A stretch of DNA of 47,809 nt from Candidatus Nomurabacteria bacterium (GCA_029288725.1 JARIGS010000024.1:1-47809), one strand, 5' to 3'; counted from the first letter of the stretch, positions 21,038 through 30,631 are shown. The notes: generated by a model from the sequence alone, not told the origin. Numbers and translations: made by a program.

Positions 21038-21175
21038 CTACACAGTGGTAAGCTGGGCACGTCCCTTACGACGTCGTGCGAGCAACACTTTTCGGCCGGT
21101 AGCACTTGCACTGCGGACCAAAAATCCGTGTGTTGTTGCTCGTTTCTTCTTTTTTGGCTGATATGTTTGAGACAT
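21038..21175 (-). CDS. rpmH: 50S ribosomal protein L34 (absent from ORF track, 45 aa)
   Basis: Manual translation [45 protein letters not shown]. Confidence 0.97.
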   Translation of the reverse strand: MSQTYQPKKKKRATTHGFLVRSASATGRKVLLARRRKGRAQLTTV

Positions 21176-21243
21176 AGAGTAGGCGTACTATACACAAAAA
21201 CGGTTGATTAATCAAGTAGTTAATTTAAGGACCATTTCTGGTA

Positions 21244-21272
21244 TAATCCACTCTATCCACATCTTTTCCCCA
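21244..21272 (+). promoter_or_regulatory. Degenerate DnaA boxes upstream of dnaA
   Basis: TAATCCACT 21244-52, CTATCCACA 21253-61, TTTTCCCCA 21264-72. Confidence 0.6.
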
Positions 21273-21319
21273 TACATGTAAACATGTTGAAGTGGCGGAA
21301 AAACCTGTATGATACATTC

Positions 21320-22672
21320 ATGGACAGCAACCTCACTCAACTTTGGAATACTTGCCTCGGCGTGATTGAATCACAGCTGACAAAAGCAACGTTCAATACC
21401 TGGTTTAGAAACACCGGTATCAGCAAAGAGGAGGATGGGGTGATCTATATCGGCGTACCGAACGAATTTGTTCGTGAATGGTTGGTAACGAAATACCAAA
21501 AACTCATTCTCAAAACAATTGTTGAAAATCTCAGTCATATCAGGGCAATAGAATTTGTTATTAGTAGCCTTCCGACACCAACGGTGAGTGAGAAGAATCT
21601 TTTTTCTACCGCTTCCCAGACTTCTGCACTGCCATTGCAGAATGTCTTCATCAATCGCGATGACAATCTTAATCCTCGCTATACATTTGACCGTTTTGTC
21701 GTCGGTCCTTTCAATGAATTGGCATATGCGGCCGCTCAGGCTATTGTGAAGCGTCCTCAGCACGCTTTTAATCCATTGTTTATCTATGGAGCCAGTGGCA
21801 TGGGGAAGACGCACCTCATTCAGGCAATTGGTAATGAAATCAAGAAGGACTCTCCGGAGAAGCGCGTACTTTATACTACGCTTGAAAAGTTTATGAATGA
21901 GTATGTCATTTCCGTTCAGAACAATCGTCAGCAGATCTTTCAGGATAAGTACCGCAAATTCGACATTCTCATTATCGACGATATTCAGTTCATTGCAGGC
22001 AAAGAGGGGACACAGAATGCATTGTTCCATATTTTCAATACGCTGTACGAGCAAAACAAACACATTATTCTTTCATCTGATAAGCATCCAAACCATATTA
22101 TCGGCCTTGAAGACCGCCTAAAGACTCGATTCAATGCCGGCATGACCCTTGATATCCAGGAGCCTGACCTCGAGTCACGATTGGCAATCATTAAGGAAAA
22201 AACCTATCAAACACCGTATCCTATTGATGCGGAAGTGATTACCTATATTGCCAGTGCGGTAACGGGCAGTATTCGCGAACTTGAAGGAGTGCTCAATATG
22301 ATTGCCATGCATTCTGAAATGAAACAGAAAGCGATTGGCCTTACGGATGTAAAGCTACTGATCAAAAACAGCGTAAAGCCAAAACGCACTATATCGATTG
22401 ATTCAGTGGTAAAGACCGTTTCCGAATACTACAACCTCGATGAACGGGTTATTTATGAAAAAACCCGCCGCAAGGAAATAGTCCGCGCCCGGCAGATCAT
22501 CATGTTTGTTCTGCGTGAGGATTTCAATGAATCATATCCTTCAATTGGCGCAAAATTAGGAGGAAAAGATCATACCACCGTTATTCACTCATATGAAAAG
22601 ATTAAAAGCGAATTATCGAACGATCCTCATCTGATGAAAGAATTGGAAGATATCCGCATCTTGTTCAAATAA
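21320..22672 (+). CDS. dnaA: Chromosomal replication initiator DnaA
   Basis: LNPRYTFDRFVVG, NPLFIYGASGMGKTHL, IDDIQF and GGKDHTTVIHS motifs. Confidence 0.98.
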   Translation: MDSNLTQLWNTCLGVIESQLTKATFNTWFRNTGISKEEDGVIYIGVPNEFVREWLVTKYQKLILKTIVENLSHIRAIEFVISSLPTPTVSEKNLFSTASQTSALPLQNVFINRDDNLNPRYTFDRFVVGPFNELAYAAAQAIVKRPQHAFNPLFIYGASGMGKTHLIQAIGNEIKKDSPEKRVLYTTLEKFMNEYVISVQNNRQQIFQDKYRKFDILIIDDIQFIAGKEGTQNALFHIFNTLYEQNKHIILSSDKHPNHIIGLEDRLKTRFNAGMTLDIQEPDLESRLAIIKEKTYQTPYPIDAEVITYIASAVTGSIRELEGVLNMIAMHSEMKQKAIGLTDVKLLIKNSVKPKRTISIDSVVKTVSEYYNLDERVIYEKTRRKEIVRARQIIMFVLREDFNESYPSIGAKLGGKDHTTVIHSYEKIKSELSNDPHLMKELEDIRILFK

Positions 22673-22859
22673 TTGTGGAAAACCAGTGAGTATACCTATG
22701 AAAAGTTTTAGTAAAAAATCCTTAATGAAAAATCGTGCACATTCGGGAAACATAATCCACAGCAACGGAAACAGAAATAAATTATTTCTAAAGGATAAAA
22801 AAGACTTTTCCACAATCCACACCCTATATAGCACTATCTCTAATGAAAAATAAAAATAT
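22673..22859. other. Probable oriC (dnaA-dnaN intergenic region)
   Basis: DnaA boxes TGTGGAAAA 22674-82, TAATCCACA 22753-61 and overlapping TTTTCCACA/CAATCCACA 22806-21, followed by an AT-rich tract. Confidence 0.8.
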
Positions 22860-23957
22860 ATGAATATAACTTGTACAACAGAAAAGTTGAAAAACGCCGT
22901 AAGTCTCGCTGAACGAATGACAGGGAAAGCGCTGACATTGCCGACACTTCACGCAATCCTTCTTACTGCATCAGGAAACACTATCAAGGTGCGGGCTACC
23001 AACCTCACGCTCGGTATTGAAATAGAGATTCCGGCTACCATTGTGGAAGAAGGCACAGTGCTGATCAAAGGTGAGGTGCTTTCAAGCGTGTGTAATCATT
23101 TGAGCGATGCCTCAGAAGTGCGCCTGACGCTTGATAATGACAATCTGACCATTCAGACCCCTCAGCATAAAACCGTGATCAAGTGTCTTCCCGCGGATGA
23201 ATTTCCAACCCTACCAACTGTTGAAGGCGAACAGATAGAGTTAAAAACGTCCGTACTACAGGAAGGCATTCGTTCAGTGTACTTCTGCGCGGCGATGACC
23301 GATATCAAGCCGGAAATTGCCAGTATCTTTATATACAGTGAGGAAAATAGTCTGAACTTTGTGGCAACTGACTCATTTCGTTTGGCCGAAAAGAAAATCC
23401 CGGTAAAGGGCATAGCGGAAATTTCAAAGATTCTCATTCCGTACAAGAACATCGCTGACATCCTCCGCGTATTGGATGTCGCTCCTGACACTGTGCGCAT
23501 TACCTATAGCCGCAATCAGATCGCTTTATTTGCCAATGGTCTCTACCTTACCTCACGATTGATCGACGGAGGATTTCCACAGTATCAGCTTATTATCCCC
23601 AAGGAGGCACTTACCAAGGTCGTAATGCTGAAACAGGAATTGCTGAATACCCTTCGTCTCTCTACAATATTTGCCGATAAGTTTTTCCAAGTCACCTTTG
23701 CCATTCCTGAAGACAAGAAGTCCATTACCATCAGCTCAAAGAATAGTGACGTTGGGTCATCAGTTTCTACCGTTGATGCAGCCATTGAAGGCAATCCTAT
23801 TGAAGTAGAATTCAATCTCAAATATTTCCTCGATGTCTTCCAAGCTCTTTCAGGTGATAGTGTTGCCGTCTCATTTACCCAGCCTAACAAGCCCATTGTC
23901 ATACAGAGTGTGAACGACGCGTCATTCCTGTATCTCTTGATGCCGGCAAACCGCTAA
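22860..23957 (+). CDS. dnaN: DNA polymerase III beta clamp
   Basis: ATNL, DEFPTLP, VATDSFRLAE, SRLIDGGFPQY and YLLMP motifs; follows dnaA. Confidence 0.97.
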   Translation: MNITCTTEKLKNAVSLAERMTGKALTLPTLHAILLTASGNTIKVRATNLTLGIEIEIPATIVEEGTVLIKGEVLSSVCNHLSDASEVRLTLDNDNLTIQTPQHKTVIKCLPADEFPTLPTVEGEQIELKTSVLQEGIRSVYFCAAMTDIKPEIASIFIYSEENSLNFVATDSFRLAEKKIPVKGIAEISKILIPYKNIADILRVLDVAPDTVRITYSRNQIALFANGLYLTSRLIDGGFPQYQLIIPKEALTKVVMLKQELLNTLRLSTIFADKFFQVTFAIPEDKKSITISSKNSDVGSSVSTVDAAIEGNPIEVEFNLKYFLDVFQALSGDSVAVSFTQPNKPIVIQSVNDASFLYLLMPANR

Positions 23958-23960
23958 TCC

Positions 23961-24212
23961 ATGTCGCTGTTTCATGACATTCTAAGCCAATTACAGGAAA
24001 AGATTGCCAAGGAAACGGCTAATACTGAAGCAGCAGCACAGGTAATAAGCGGTGTATTGCACACTACGATCACTAAGGAGCAAGTTTCGATCCACGGCAC
24101 CACCCTCCGTCTGAAAGTCTCTCCTACCCTCAAAATGGCCCTCATGCTGCAAAAGGAAAAGTTACTCACGGCATTACGAACAGCTGGCTTTGATATCAAC
24201 ACAATCCAATAA
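23961..24212 (+). CDS. Small protein, possibly DciA (DUF721)-like helicase loader
   Basis: 83 aa, 3 nt after dnaN; HGTTLRLKVSPTLKMALMLQKEKLLTAL resembles the DciA KH-like pattern. Confidence 0.5.
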   Translation: MSLFHDILSQLQEKIAKETANTEAAAQVISGVLHTTITKEQVSIHGTTLRLKVSPTLKMALMLQKEKLLTALRTAGFDINTIQ

Positions 24213-24248
24213 AAAATCCCAGGAGCTGAGATCCTGGGATTTTTTATT
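24208..24248. terminator. Bidirectional terminator / 41-nt palindromic repeat copy 2
   Basis: AATAAAAAATCCCAGGA-GCTGAGA-TCCTGGGATTTTTTATT between convergent genes. Confidence 0.8.
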
Positions 24249-24255
24249 TTAGTTG

Positions 24256-26751
24256 CTATTGAAACGTTACAGTTTTACTGATAGTGCTTTTTGCGTACAC
24301 ACTATTGGTCGCATTGAACGTGATGGTGTGCTTGCCCGCTGTATATCCATAATCGGAAGGAGTGAAGACAAAGTGATACGGCGAGGGAAGGGTGGCAATG
24401 AAGTTGCCGTCTATCAGTACATCAACGCTAGTAAGCGGGTACTGGCTGGTGGTAGTGACCGATATTTCAGCATTGTCTCCGAGGTTCATAGTGTCATTAA
24501 TGCCGCTAAGCGTGAGAGTAGATGGGGTTGTGGCGCCATTTGCATCGTAGGTTGAAGGGACATCTGCCGTACTGACATTTGGATACTTGCTTGCATTGTT
24601 TGCCCACCAGGTTTGGACTGCTGGTTCCCAAAGACGGTATTCTGGATCACTACTTGGATTGCTTGGTACTGGACCGCGAGGATCACTCTTGTTTACCCAG
24701 TACAATATGTCATGCACATCGGTAATTACTTTTTCCTCAATCGCTTCTGGCGGCGTACTGTCAGTAGCACGAAGACCGGTGATTTTATCAATTTTGACAC
24801 TTTCATTGCCGGACCAGATACCACGGAGGATTGGTTTCAGTGTGGAATAAGTAGGATCAGGCACTGGTTGCTCAAACGGTACTTGCGGATATTTTGTTAA
24901 TGCATATTGCATGAAGGCTTTCCATGTTGGTCCGGAAATTGCGGAACCACCACTTCTCATCGGAGTGTTGTCATTGTTTCCTGACCAGACGCCGACTGAC
25001 ATGTTTGGGGTATATCCCACGGTCCACGCGTCGCGGTCATTGTTGGTGGTACCGGTTTTTACCGCTACACCAGGAATGGTGATAAGCGTTGTGCCGAAGG
25101 TAGGAATACGTGCCTGAGCATCGGCGAGCACATCGTTCATCGTCAGTGCAATATTTTTATCCATCACTGTGGTTGGATTCGGCTGATATTGCTCAAGAAC
25201 ATTTCCTTGGTGATCATCAACTTCAAGAATGCCGGTGGTCGGATTGCGTACACCACTATTGGCAAAGACACCATAGGCACCGGTCATATCCAGCAGGGTA
25301 ACTTCACCGCCTCCCAATACGAGGGAGAGCCCGATTTGTGAAGGATCAGTAAGGGTGGTAATGCCCATTGAGTGTGCAGTATCAACGGCATTCTGGACAC
25401 CAACAAGGTATTCAAGTTTCACGGAAGGAACGTTACGAGATTCGGCGATTGCACTGCGCAATGAGATCGGACCCTTGAACTTGTTATCAAAGTTTGAAGG
25501 GTGGTAACAGTCCTTTGCGCTGTATCCCGCCAATGGCTGTTCACTAGCGGAACAGTCGGTCGAGAACTCTGTCGGCACATCAAAGACAACAGTGTCAGGT
25601 GTATAACCCTTCTCAAATGCCGTTGCATAGACGAATGGCTTGAATGATGAACCTGGCTGACGTTGTGCGGTAGCAACGTTGTAGGCACCATCGATAGTTT
25701 TATCGAAGTAGTTACGAGAACCAACCATCGCTAGAATCTGACCCGTAGTTGGATCAATCGCTACCAAACCAGAGTTTGAGGCATTATATGCCTTATCATT
25801 GGCAGCAACCTGTGTTGCGACGATACTCTCGGCTTTTTGCTGGAGATCATAGTCCAGCGTAGTCTTGATGGTATATCCACCATTCTCCATTACGTCCTTG
25901 CCATACTTTTGTTCCAATTGATCAAGGAGATAGAAGACAAAGTGGGGAGCCTTGATGCCGTTTACGCCGCCATTGCTAAATGCCACCTGTTCGTTTTTTG
26001 CGGCATTCATCTGGTCAGTGGTGATGTACCCATATTCGTTCATCTTTTCCAAGACAAGATTTTTACGGGCATCCAGGGCACTCTTGTGAAGGCCAAATGG
26101 AGAGTAGTATGTCGGAGCTGGAAGCATGGCTGCAAGGTATGCGGCTTGTGCTACGTCGATATTCTTAACCGGCGTACTATAGAAGGCCTCAGATGCGGCT
26201 TCCATACCATAAATAGTGCCACCCATTGGTGCGTCATTAAGATAGATGCCCAGAATCTGCTGCTTGCTGAACTGTCGTTCCAAACGCACTGCCAATACCC
26301 ACTCTTTCAGCTTACGAACAACTGACTTGTCACCATTCAAGAGGGTGTTCTTGATGATCTGCTGAGTGATAGTAGATCCTCCCTGCGCATAGCCGACATG
26401 GGTGATATTGATGAATATTGCACGCAAAATAGACGTCGGACGAATACCGATATGTTGGTAGAAGTCATGGTCTTCAATAGAGACAACGGCATTTTGGATA
26501 TTGTCTCCCATATTTGGCAGGTCGACCTCGGTGCGGCGGACGGACTGGTGCACGTCATACAGCACAATCTGACCAGTACGGTCAGTAATTTTTGAAGAAT
26601 TGGCAATTTGTCGAGCTTCAAATGTTGAGATATCAGGTAATTTAATAAAGCTTGCCCATACCAGTACGCCTCCAACTACGATAAAAAAGAAAGCGAGCAG
26701 CCCAAGCACTATTTTTTTCCAAGGAATATGACGTTTTTTATGTTCTTGCAT
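24256..26751 (-). CDS. Class A penicillin-binding protein (transglycosylase-transpeptidase) with C-terminal Ig-like domain
   Basis: EDHDFYQH, GGSTITQQ, RKLKE, GSSFKP (SxxK), SRN and KTGTT motifs. Confidence 0.95.
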   Translation of the reverse strand: MQEHKKRHIPWKKIVLGLLAFFFIVVGGVLVWASFIKLPDISTFEARQIANSSKITDRTGQIVLYDVHQSVRRTEVDLPNMGDNIQNAVVSIEDHDFYQHIGIRPTSILRAIFINITHVGYAQGGSTITQQIIKNTLLNGDKSVVRKLKEWVLAVRLERQFSKQQILGIYLNDAPMGGTIYGMEAASEAFYSTPVKNIDVAQAAYLAAMLPAPTYYSPFGLHKSALDARKNLVLEKMNEYGYITTDQMNAAKNEQVAFSNGGVNGIKAPHFVFYLLDQLEQKYGKDVMENGGYTIKTTLDYDLQQKAESIVATQVAANDKAYNASNSGLVAIDPTTGQILAMVGSRNYFDKTIDGAYNVATAQRQPGSSFKPFVYATAFEKGYTPDTVVFDVPTEFSTDCSASEQPLAGYSAKDCYHPSNFDNKFKGPISLRSAIAESRNVPSVKLEYLVGVQNAVDTAHSMGITTLTDPSQIGLSLVLGGGEVTLLDMTGAYGVFANSGVRNPTTGILEVDDHQGNVLEQYQPNPTTVMDKNIALTMNDVLADAQARIPTFGTTLITIPGVAVKTGTTNNDRDAWTVGYTPNMSVGVWSGNNDNTPMRSGGSAISGPTWKAFMQYALTKYPQVPFEQPVPDPTYSTLKPILRGIWSGNESVKIDKITGLRATDSTPPEAIEEKVITDVHDILYWVNKSDPRGPVPSNPSSDPEYRLWEPAVQTWWANNASKYPNVSTADVPSTYDANGATTPSTLTLSGINDTMNLGDNAEISVTTTSQYPLTSVDVLIDGNFIATLPSPYHFVFTPSDYGYTAGKHTITFNATNSVYAKSTISKTVTFQ

Positions 26752-26835
26752 ATAGGTATCATAACAAAAATATGGATATAACGCTTTAGACGGAGGGAGG
26801 TCCGACCTCCTGAAAACATGGTACAATCACCAGTA

Positions 26836-28041
26836 ATGAACGAAAAACTCAGCAAAAGTGAATTAACGGAAATTTTATTGAATAAAGGTGTGGCGGATAT
26901 TTTGCCAAGTAGGGGATTCTTGGAAAAGGAATTGGCCTCAGGGAAAACACTGACTATTTATGCTGGGTTTGACCCAACCGCACCGACATTGCACATCGGC
27001 CACACTATTCAATTGCGCAAACTGCGTCATTTTCAGGATCTGGGGCACAAGATTATTTTCTTGGTTGGGGACTTTACTGCTCGCATCGGTGATCCAACCG
27101 ACAAGGGAACAGCGCGCAAGCAGCTGACTGAAAAGGAAATCAAGGTAAACCTCAAGCAGTACAAAAAGCAGGCAAGCAAGTTTATTCGCTTCACCGGCAA
27201 ACACGCTGCACAAATAAAGTTTAACAATGACTGGTTGGGCAAGATGAAATTTGCCGATGTCTTGGCGCTTGCCTCAAATATGACCGTTGATCAGATGCTC
27301 AAGCGTGACATGTTCGTCCGTCGTATGGAGGAAGAGAAGCCGATCTATATTCATGAATTCATGTATCCTTTGATGCAGGGCTATGACAGCGTGGCAATGA
27401 ATGTCGATGGAGAAGTGGGTGGCAACGATCAGTTGTTTAATATGATGGCAGGCCGCACCTTGCTGAAACAATTGAAACATAAGGAGAAATTTGTCATTAC
27501 GACAAAGCTACTGGAAGACAATAACGGTAAGAAAATGGGTAAGAGTGAGGGTAACATGGTCAGTCTTATTGATACGCCTGAACACATGTACGGCAAGATC
27601 ATGAGTTGGACTGATGGTTTGATCGTTCCTGGATTTGAACTCTGTACTGACTACACCCCGTCACAGATAGCGGTCATTGCTGATGAGTTGGCAAAGGGTA
27701 TCAATCCTCGCGATATCAAAATGCGTTTGGCGTATGAAATCGTTCGCTCATGCACTGATGAAAAAAGCGCACAGCGTGCCGAAGAAGCATTTGTGAAAAC
27801 TTTCCAAAAGAAAGAGTCACATGAAAGCATTCACGAAATCCCTGCCAATGGCCGTACCCTCGAAGCAATTCTTATCGAAGAATCACTCACTGGCTCAAAG
27901 TCAGACCTCCGCCGATTGGTTGAAAGCAAAGCGGTCACTAATTTTGAAACAAAAGAAGTCATCACTATCGAGGCAGTAAAAAAACCAGCGATTGCTGGAG
28001 TGTACAAGATTGGCAAAAGCCGTATTGTCCGAATTGGTTAG
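26836..28041 (+). CDS. tyrS: Tyrosyl-tRNA synthetase
   Basis: GFDPTAPTLHIGH, YPLMQGYD, GGNDQLFN and KMGKS motifs. Confidence 0.97.
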   Translation: MNEKLSKSELTEILLNKGVADILPSRGFLEKELASGKTLTIYAGFDPTAPTLHIGHTIQLRKLRHFQDLGHKIIFLVGDFTARIGDPTDKGTARKQLTEKEIKVNLKQYKKQASKFIRFTGKHAAQIKFNNDWLGKMKFADVLALASNMTVDQMLKRDMFVRRMEEEKPIYIHEFMYPLMQGYDSVAMNVDGEVGGNDQLFNMMAGRTLLKQLKHKEKFVITTKLLEDNNGKKMGKSEGNMVSLIDTPEHMYGKIMSWTDGLIVPGFELCTDYTPSQIAVIADELAKGINPRDIKMRLAYEIVRSCTDEKSAQRAEEAFVKTFQKKESHESIHEIPANGRTLEAILIEESLTGSKSDLRRLVESKAVTNFETKEVITIEAVKKPAIAGVYKIGKSRIVRIG

Positions 28042-28184
28042 AGTTTGAAGAGCTCTCCGAGCATAGTGCTCCAGGTTTTCTGCAAATAGTTCACAATCAG
28101 AAAAGCCGGAATAAAAAGCACGGTCAAAAATACAAAAAAGACCAATTTGCCCATAAAGGTAAGTATTTTGCCCGCTTCATCCAT
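28038..28184 (-). CDS. 48-aa single-TM small protein (absent from ORF track)
   Basis: MDEAGKILTFMGKLVFFVFLTVLFIPAFLIVNYLQKTWSTMLGELFKL*; stop overlaps tyrS stop; TAGGAT -10 lies 7 nt upstream. Confidence 0.7.
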   Translation of the reverse strand: MDEAGKILTFMGKLVFFVFLTVLFIPAFLIVNYLQKTWSTMLGELFKL

Positions 28185-28279
28185 ACCCGCTATCCTAGCC
28201 GTAAGGCCCTATATTGTAAAGTCACGGTTTTTGTTGTCTGTCACAGATTGGAAAAAATCTCGTGGTACTATAGTCCTAT

Positions 28280-29179
28280 ATGACAATAGTGGTAGTAGGG
28301 GGAAGCGGTTTTATTGGCAGCATGGTGACGCAGCGTTTATTGGGGCAGGGGCATACCGTGGTGGTAGTGGCATTGACTGCTCCTCGCTTTACCCATCAGA
28401 ACCTCTTCTTTATTCAGTGCGATGTTGCTCAGCAACCTCTGCCGTATAACATTCTCGAACACACCGATGCGGTGATCAATCTCGCAGGCGCACCGATTAA
28501 TAAGAAGTGGACCCCTGCTTACAAGCAGCTTATCCGTGACAGTCGCATCAAGAGCACTGAATCAATCGTTAGTGCTATCGCATCCGCTAAAAGTCGCCCA
28601 GCAGTATTTATTTGTGCTTCAGCAACTGGTTTCTACGGGGATACCGGCGAAACTATGGTTGATGAACAGGCGACAGAAGGCAAGGGCTTTCTCGCAGAAG
28701 TGGTAACGGAATGGGAAGCATCAGCACGCAAGGCTACTGAATATGGTGTGCGTGTAGTCTGTGTCCGTACTGCACCGGTTATCGGTCACGGCGGATTGAT
28801 GCATACCCTGAAAGACGCTGCACGATTTGGCGTTATTCCACGATTGAACAAAGACGATTACTGGTTCTCTTGGATTGCCGATATTGATATCGTGAATGCC
28901 TATCTTTTTGCACTAGAAACGAGCACGCTACAGGGAGTGGTAAATGCGGTAGCGCCTGAACCGATACTCTACAGTGAATTTTTGAAAACAGTAAAGACAC
29001 TCTGGAAGCATCGTCTCGTCATTACTTTGCCGCACTGGCTTGCCAAGAAAATCCTTGGGGACGGTGTTGAGGAATTAACCTACAATAACCGAGTGTCACC
29101 AAAGCGTCTGCTCGACAAGGGCTTCACTTTTATTTATCCAACTATCGAAAGCGCAGTTGCTGCCTATGGAAAGAAATGA
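28280..29179 (+). CDS. TIGR01777/YfcH-family NAD-dependent epimerase
   Basis: GGSGFIG, AVINLAGAPI..KW, ICASATGFYG and GVVNAVAP motifs. Confidence 0.92.
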   Translation: MTIVVVGGSGFIGSMVTQRLLGQGHTVVVVALTAPRFTHQNLFFIQCDVAQQPLPYNILEHTDAVINLAGAPINKKWTPAYKQLIRDSRIKSTESIVSAIASAKSRPAVFICASATGFYGDTGETMVDEQATEGKGFLAEVVTEWEASARKATEYGVRVVCVRTAPVIGHGGLMHTLKDAARFGVIPRLNKDDYWFSWIADIDIVNAYLFALETSTLQGVVNAVAPEPILYSEFLKTVKTLWKHRLVITLPHWLAKKILGDGVEELTYNNRVSPKRLLDKGFTFIYPTIESAVAAYGKK

Positions 29180-30023
29180 TGTCGTAATACCAGGCTGGGA
29201 GCAGTATCGACTACTCGACAGCGGAGAGGGGAGAAAGCTCGAGCAGTTTGGCAGCATCGTGCTTGATCGTCCCGACCCTCAGGCATTATGGAAAAAAAAT
29301 AACCCGGAACAGTGGTTCAATGCCCAGGCTCAATTTTTATGGGCAGAAAAAGGTGACCGATGGAGCGTCACCAAAGGCGTGGCAGAAGAATGGCCAATCC
29401 AATGGCACAATGTCACTATGACACTATCATTCAAAGGGTTTAAGCACATTGGGATATTTCCTGAGCACACCGCTCAATGGGAAGAATTGCAGGAACTTGG
29501 CAAGAAGCGTCCTGGGCTGAAGATGCTTAACCTTTTCGGGTACACGGGCGGAGCAAGCATTGCTGCCGCACAGGCTGGCATGCAGGTTACTCATGTCGAT
29601 GCTTCAAAGCAAACCGTGCAGACGGTAAAGGAAAACGCCCTCGCGTCAGGCTTGGATGACACTGCGATCAGAACAGTGGTGGAAGATGCGTTGAAATATA
29701 CAAAGCGCCTGGCCCAGCGCGGAGAAACATTTGAAGTGATCGTGATGGACCCGCCGGCTTTTGGTCGAGGACCAAAAGGGGAAGTATGGAAGATCGAGGA
29801 AAAATTACAGGAGCTGATGGAAGTGCTGCCACAATTGCTTTCAGCTGAGGCAGCACTCGTCATCATCAACGGCTACGCTGCCGGCTTCAGTGCCCGTACC
29901 TTTGGTGAACTTCTTCGCGATGTCATGTCTGCCGGCACTATTTCTTATGGCGAAGTTGGCATTGCCCAACAGGGTACCGATCGTATTCTAACAACGGGCA
30001 TATACGGTAAATGGCAGAAATAG
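29166..30023 (+). CDS. Class I SAM-dependent (RlmI/K-like) methyltransferase
   Basis: LLDSGEGRKLEQFG, LNLFGYTGG, HVDAS and MDPPAFGRG motifs. Confidence 0.9.
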   Translation: MERNDVVIPGWEQYRLLDSGEGRKLEQFGSIVLDRPDPQALWKKNNPEQWFNAQAQFLWAEKGDRWSVTKGVAEEWPIQWHNVTMTLSFKGFKHIGIFPEHTAQWEELQELGKKRPGLKMLNLFGYTGGASIAAAQAGMQVTHVDASKQTVQTVKENALASGLDDTAIRTVVEDALKYTKRLAQRGETFEVIVMDPPAFGRGPKGEVWKIEEKLQELMEVLPQLLSAEAALVIINGYAAGFSARTFGELLRDVMSAGTISYGEVGIAQQGTDRILTTGIYGKWQK

Positions 30024-30042
30024 CTGTGCTATACTTTCGTCC

Positions 30043-30486
30043 ATGGCAGCAAAAAAAACGACACCGTTATACTCCTTTCCCGGTGATCTGAAAGTAAAAA
30101 AAGGAATTAATGGTTTTGGATTATTTGCGATGGTACCGATTAAAAAAGGTGACTGTATCATCGAATATGTCGGCGACATTCTAACGACTGATGAGGAAGT
30201 GAATAAGCGAGGAGGACAGTACCTCTTTGAAGTTTCAAAGAATAAAACGATCGACGGTTCAGTGCGCTGGAATACTGCACGCTATATCAATCACGTCTGC
30301 AGCAAGCAGAACTGTGAGGTGGATATTGTGAAGACTCGGGTATTTATTTATGCAAAGCGCAATATCAAACCAGGCGAGGAGCTTTTCTATGACTACGGTA
30401 AGGAGTTCTTTAATGAATACATCAAGCCAAAGGGCTGCCGATGTGAGAAGTGCACGCTAAAAAGAGAGAAGGAGAAAAAGGGGTAA
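30043..30486 (+). CDS. SET-domain protein-lysine methyltransferase
   Basis: GFGLFA, IIEYVG, ARYINHVC, GEELFYDYG and post-SET CRCEKC. Confidence 0.93.
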   Translation: MAAKKTTPLYSFPGDLKVKKGINGFGLFAMVPIKKGDCIIEYVGDILTTDEEVNKRGGQYLFEVSKNKTIDGSVRWNTARYINHVCSKQNCEVDIVKTRVFIYAKRNIKPGEELFYDYGKEFFNEYIKPKGCRCEKCTLKREKEKKG

Positions 30487-30495
30487 AGAAATAGA

Positions 30496-30578
30496 GTCTC
30501 ACGAAAAGCGCAGGCAAATTTTGACTGAACAAGCCCGTCGGGTTGGAAGAAAAATTTGCCTGCGCTTTGAGATGAGAC
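30496..30578. repeat. Long inverted repeat / rod-like hairpin
   Basis: Perfect 18-bp arms 30505-22 / 30551-68, outer GTCTCA/TGAGAC, inner AGCCC-GTC-GGGTT. Confidence 0.75.
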
Positions 30579-30598
30579 AGCACACTCTATATAAATGC

Positions 30599-30631
30599 GA
30601 AAGGGGGCACGCCTACGGCGTGCCCCCTTTC
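30599..30631. terminator. GC-rich hairpin terminator
   Basis: GAAAGGGGGCACGCC-TAC-GGCGTGCCCCCTTTC. Confidence 0.8.

Noticed and set aside
21371..22063. 230-aa ORF antisense to dnaA, and similar shadow ORFs (1137-1625, 1351-1878, 25837-26325, 45230-45721)
   Set aside because: Overlap well-supported genes on the opposite strand and lack motifs
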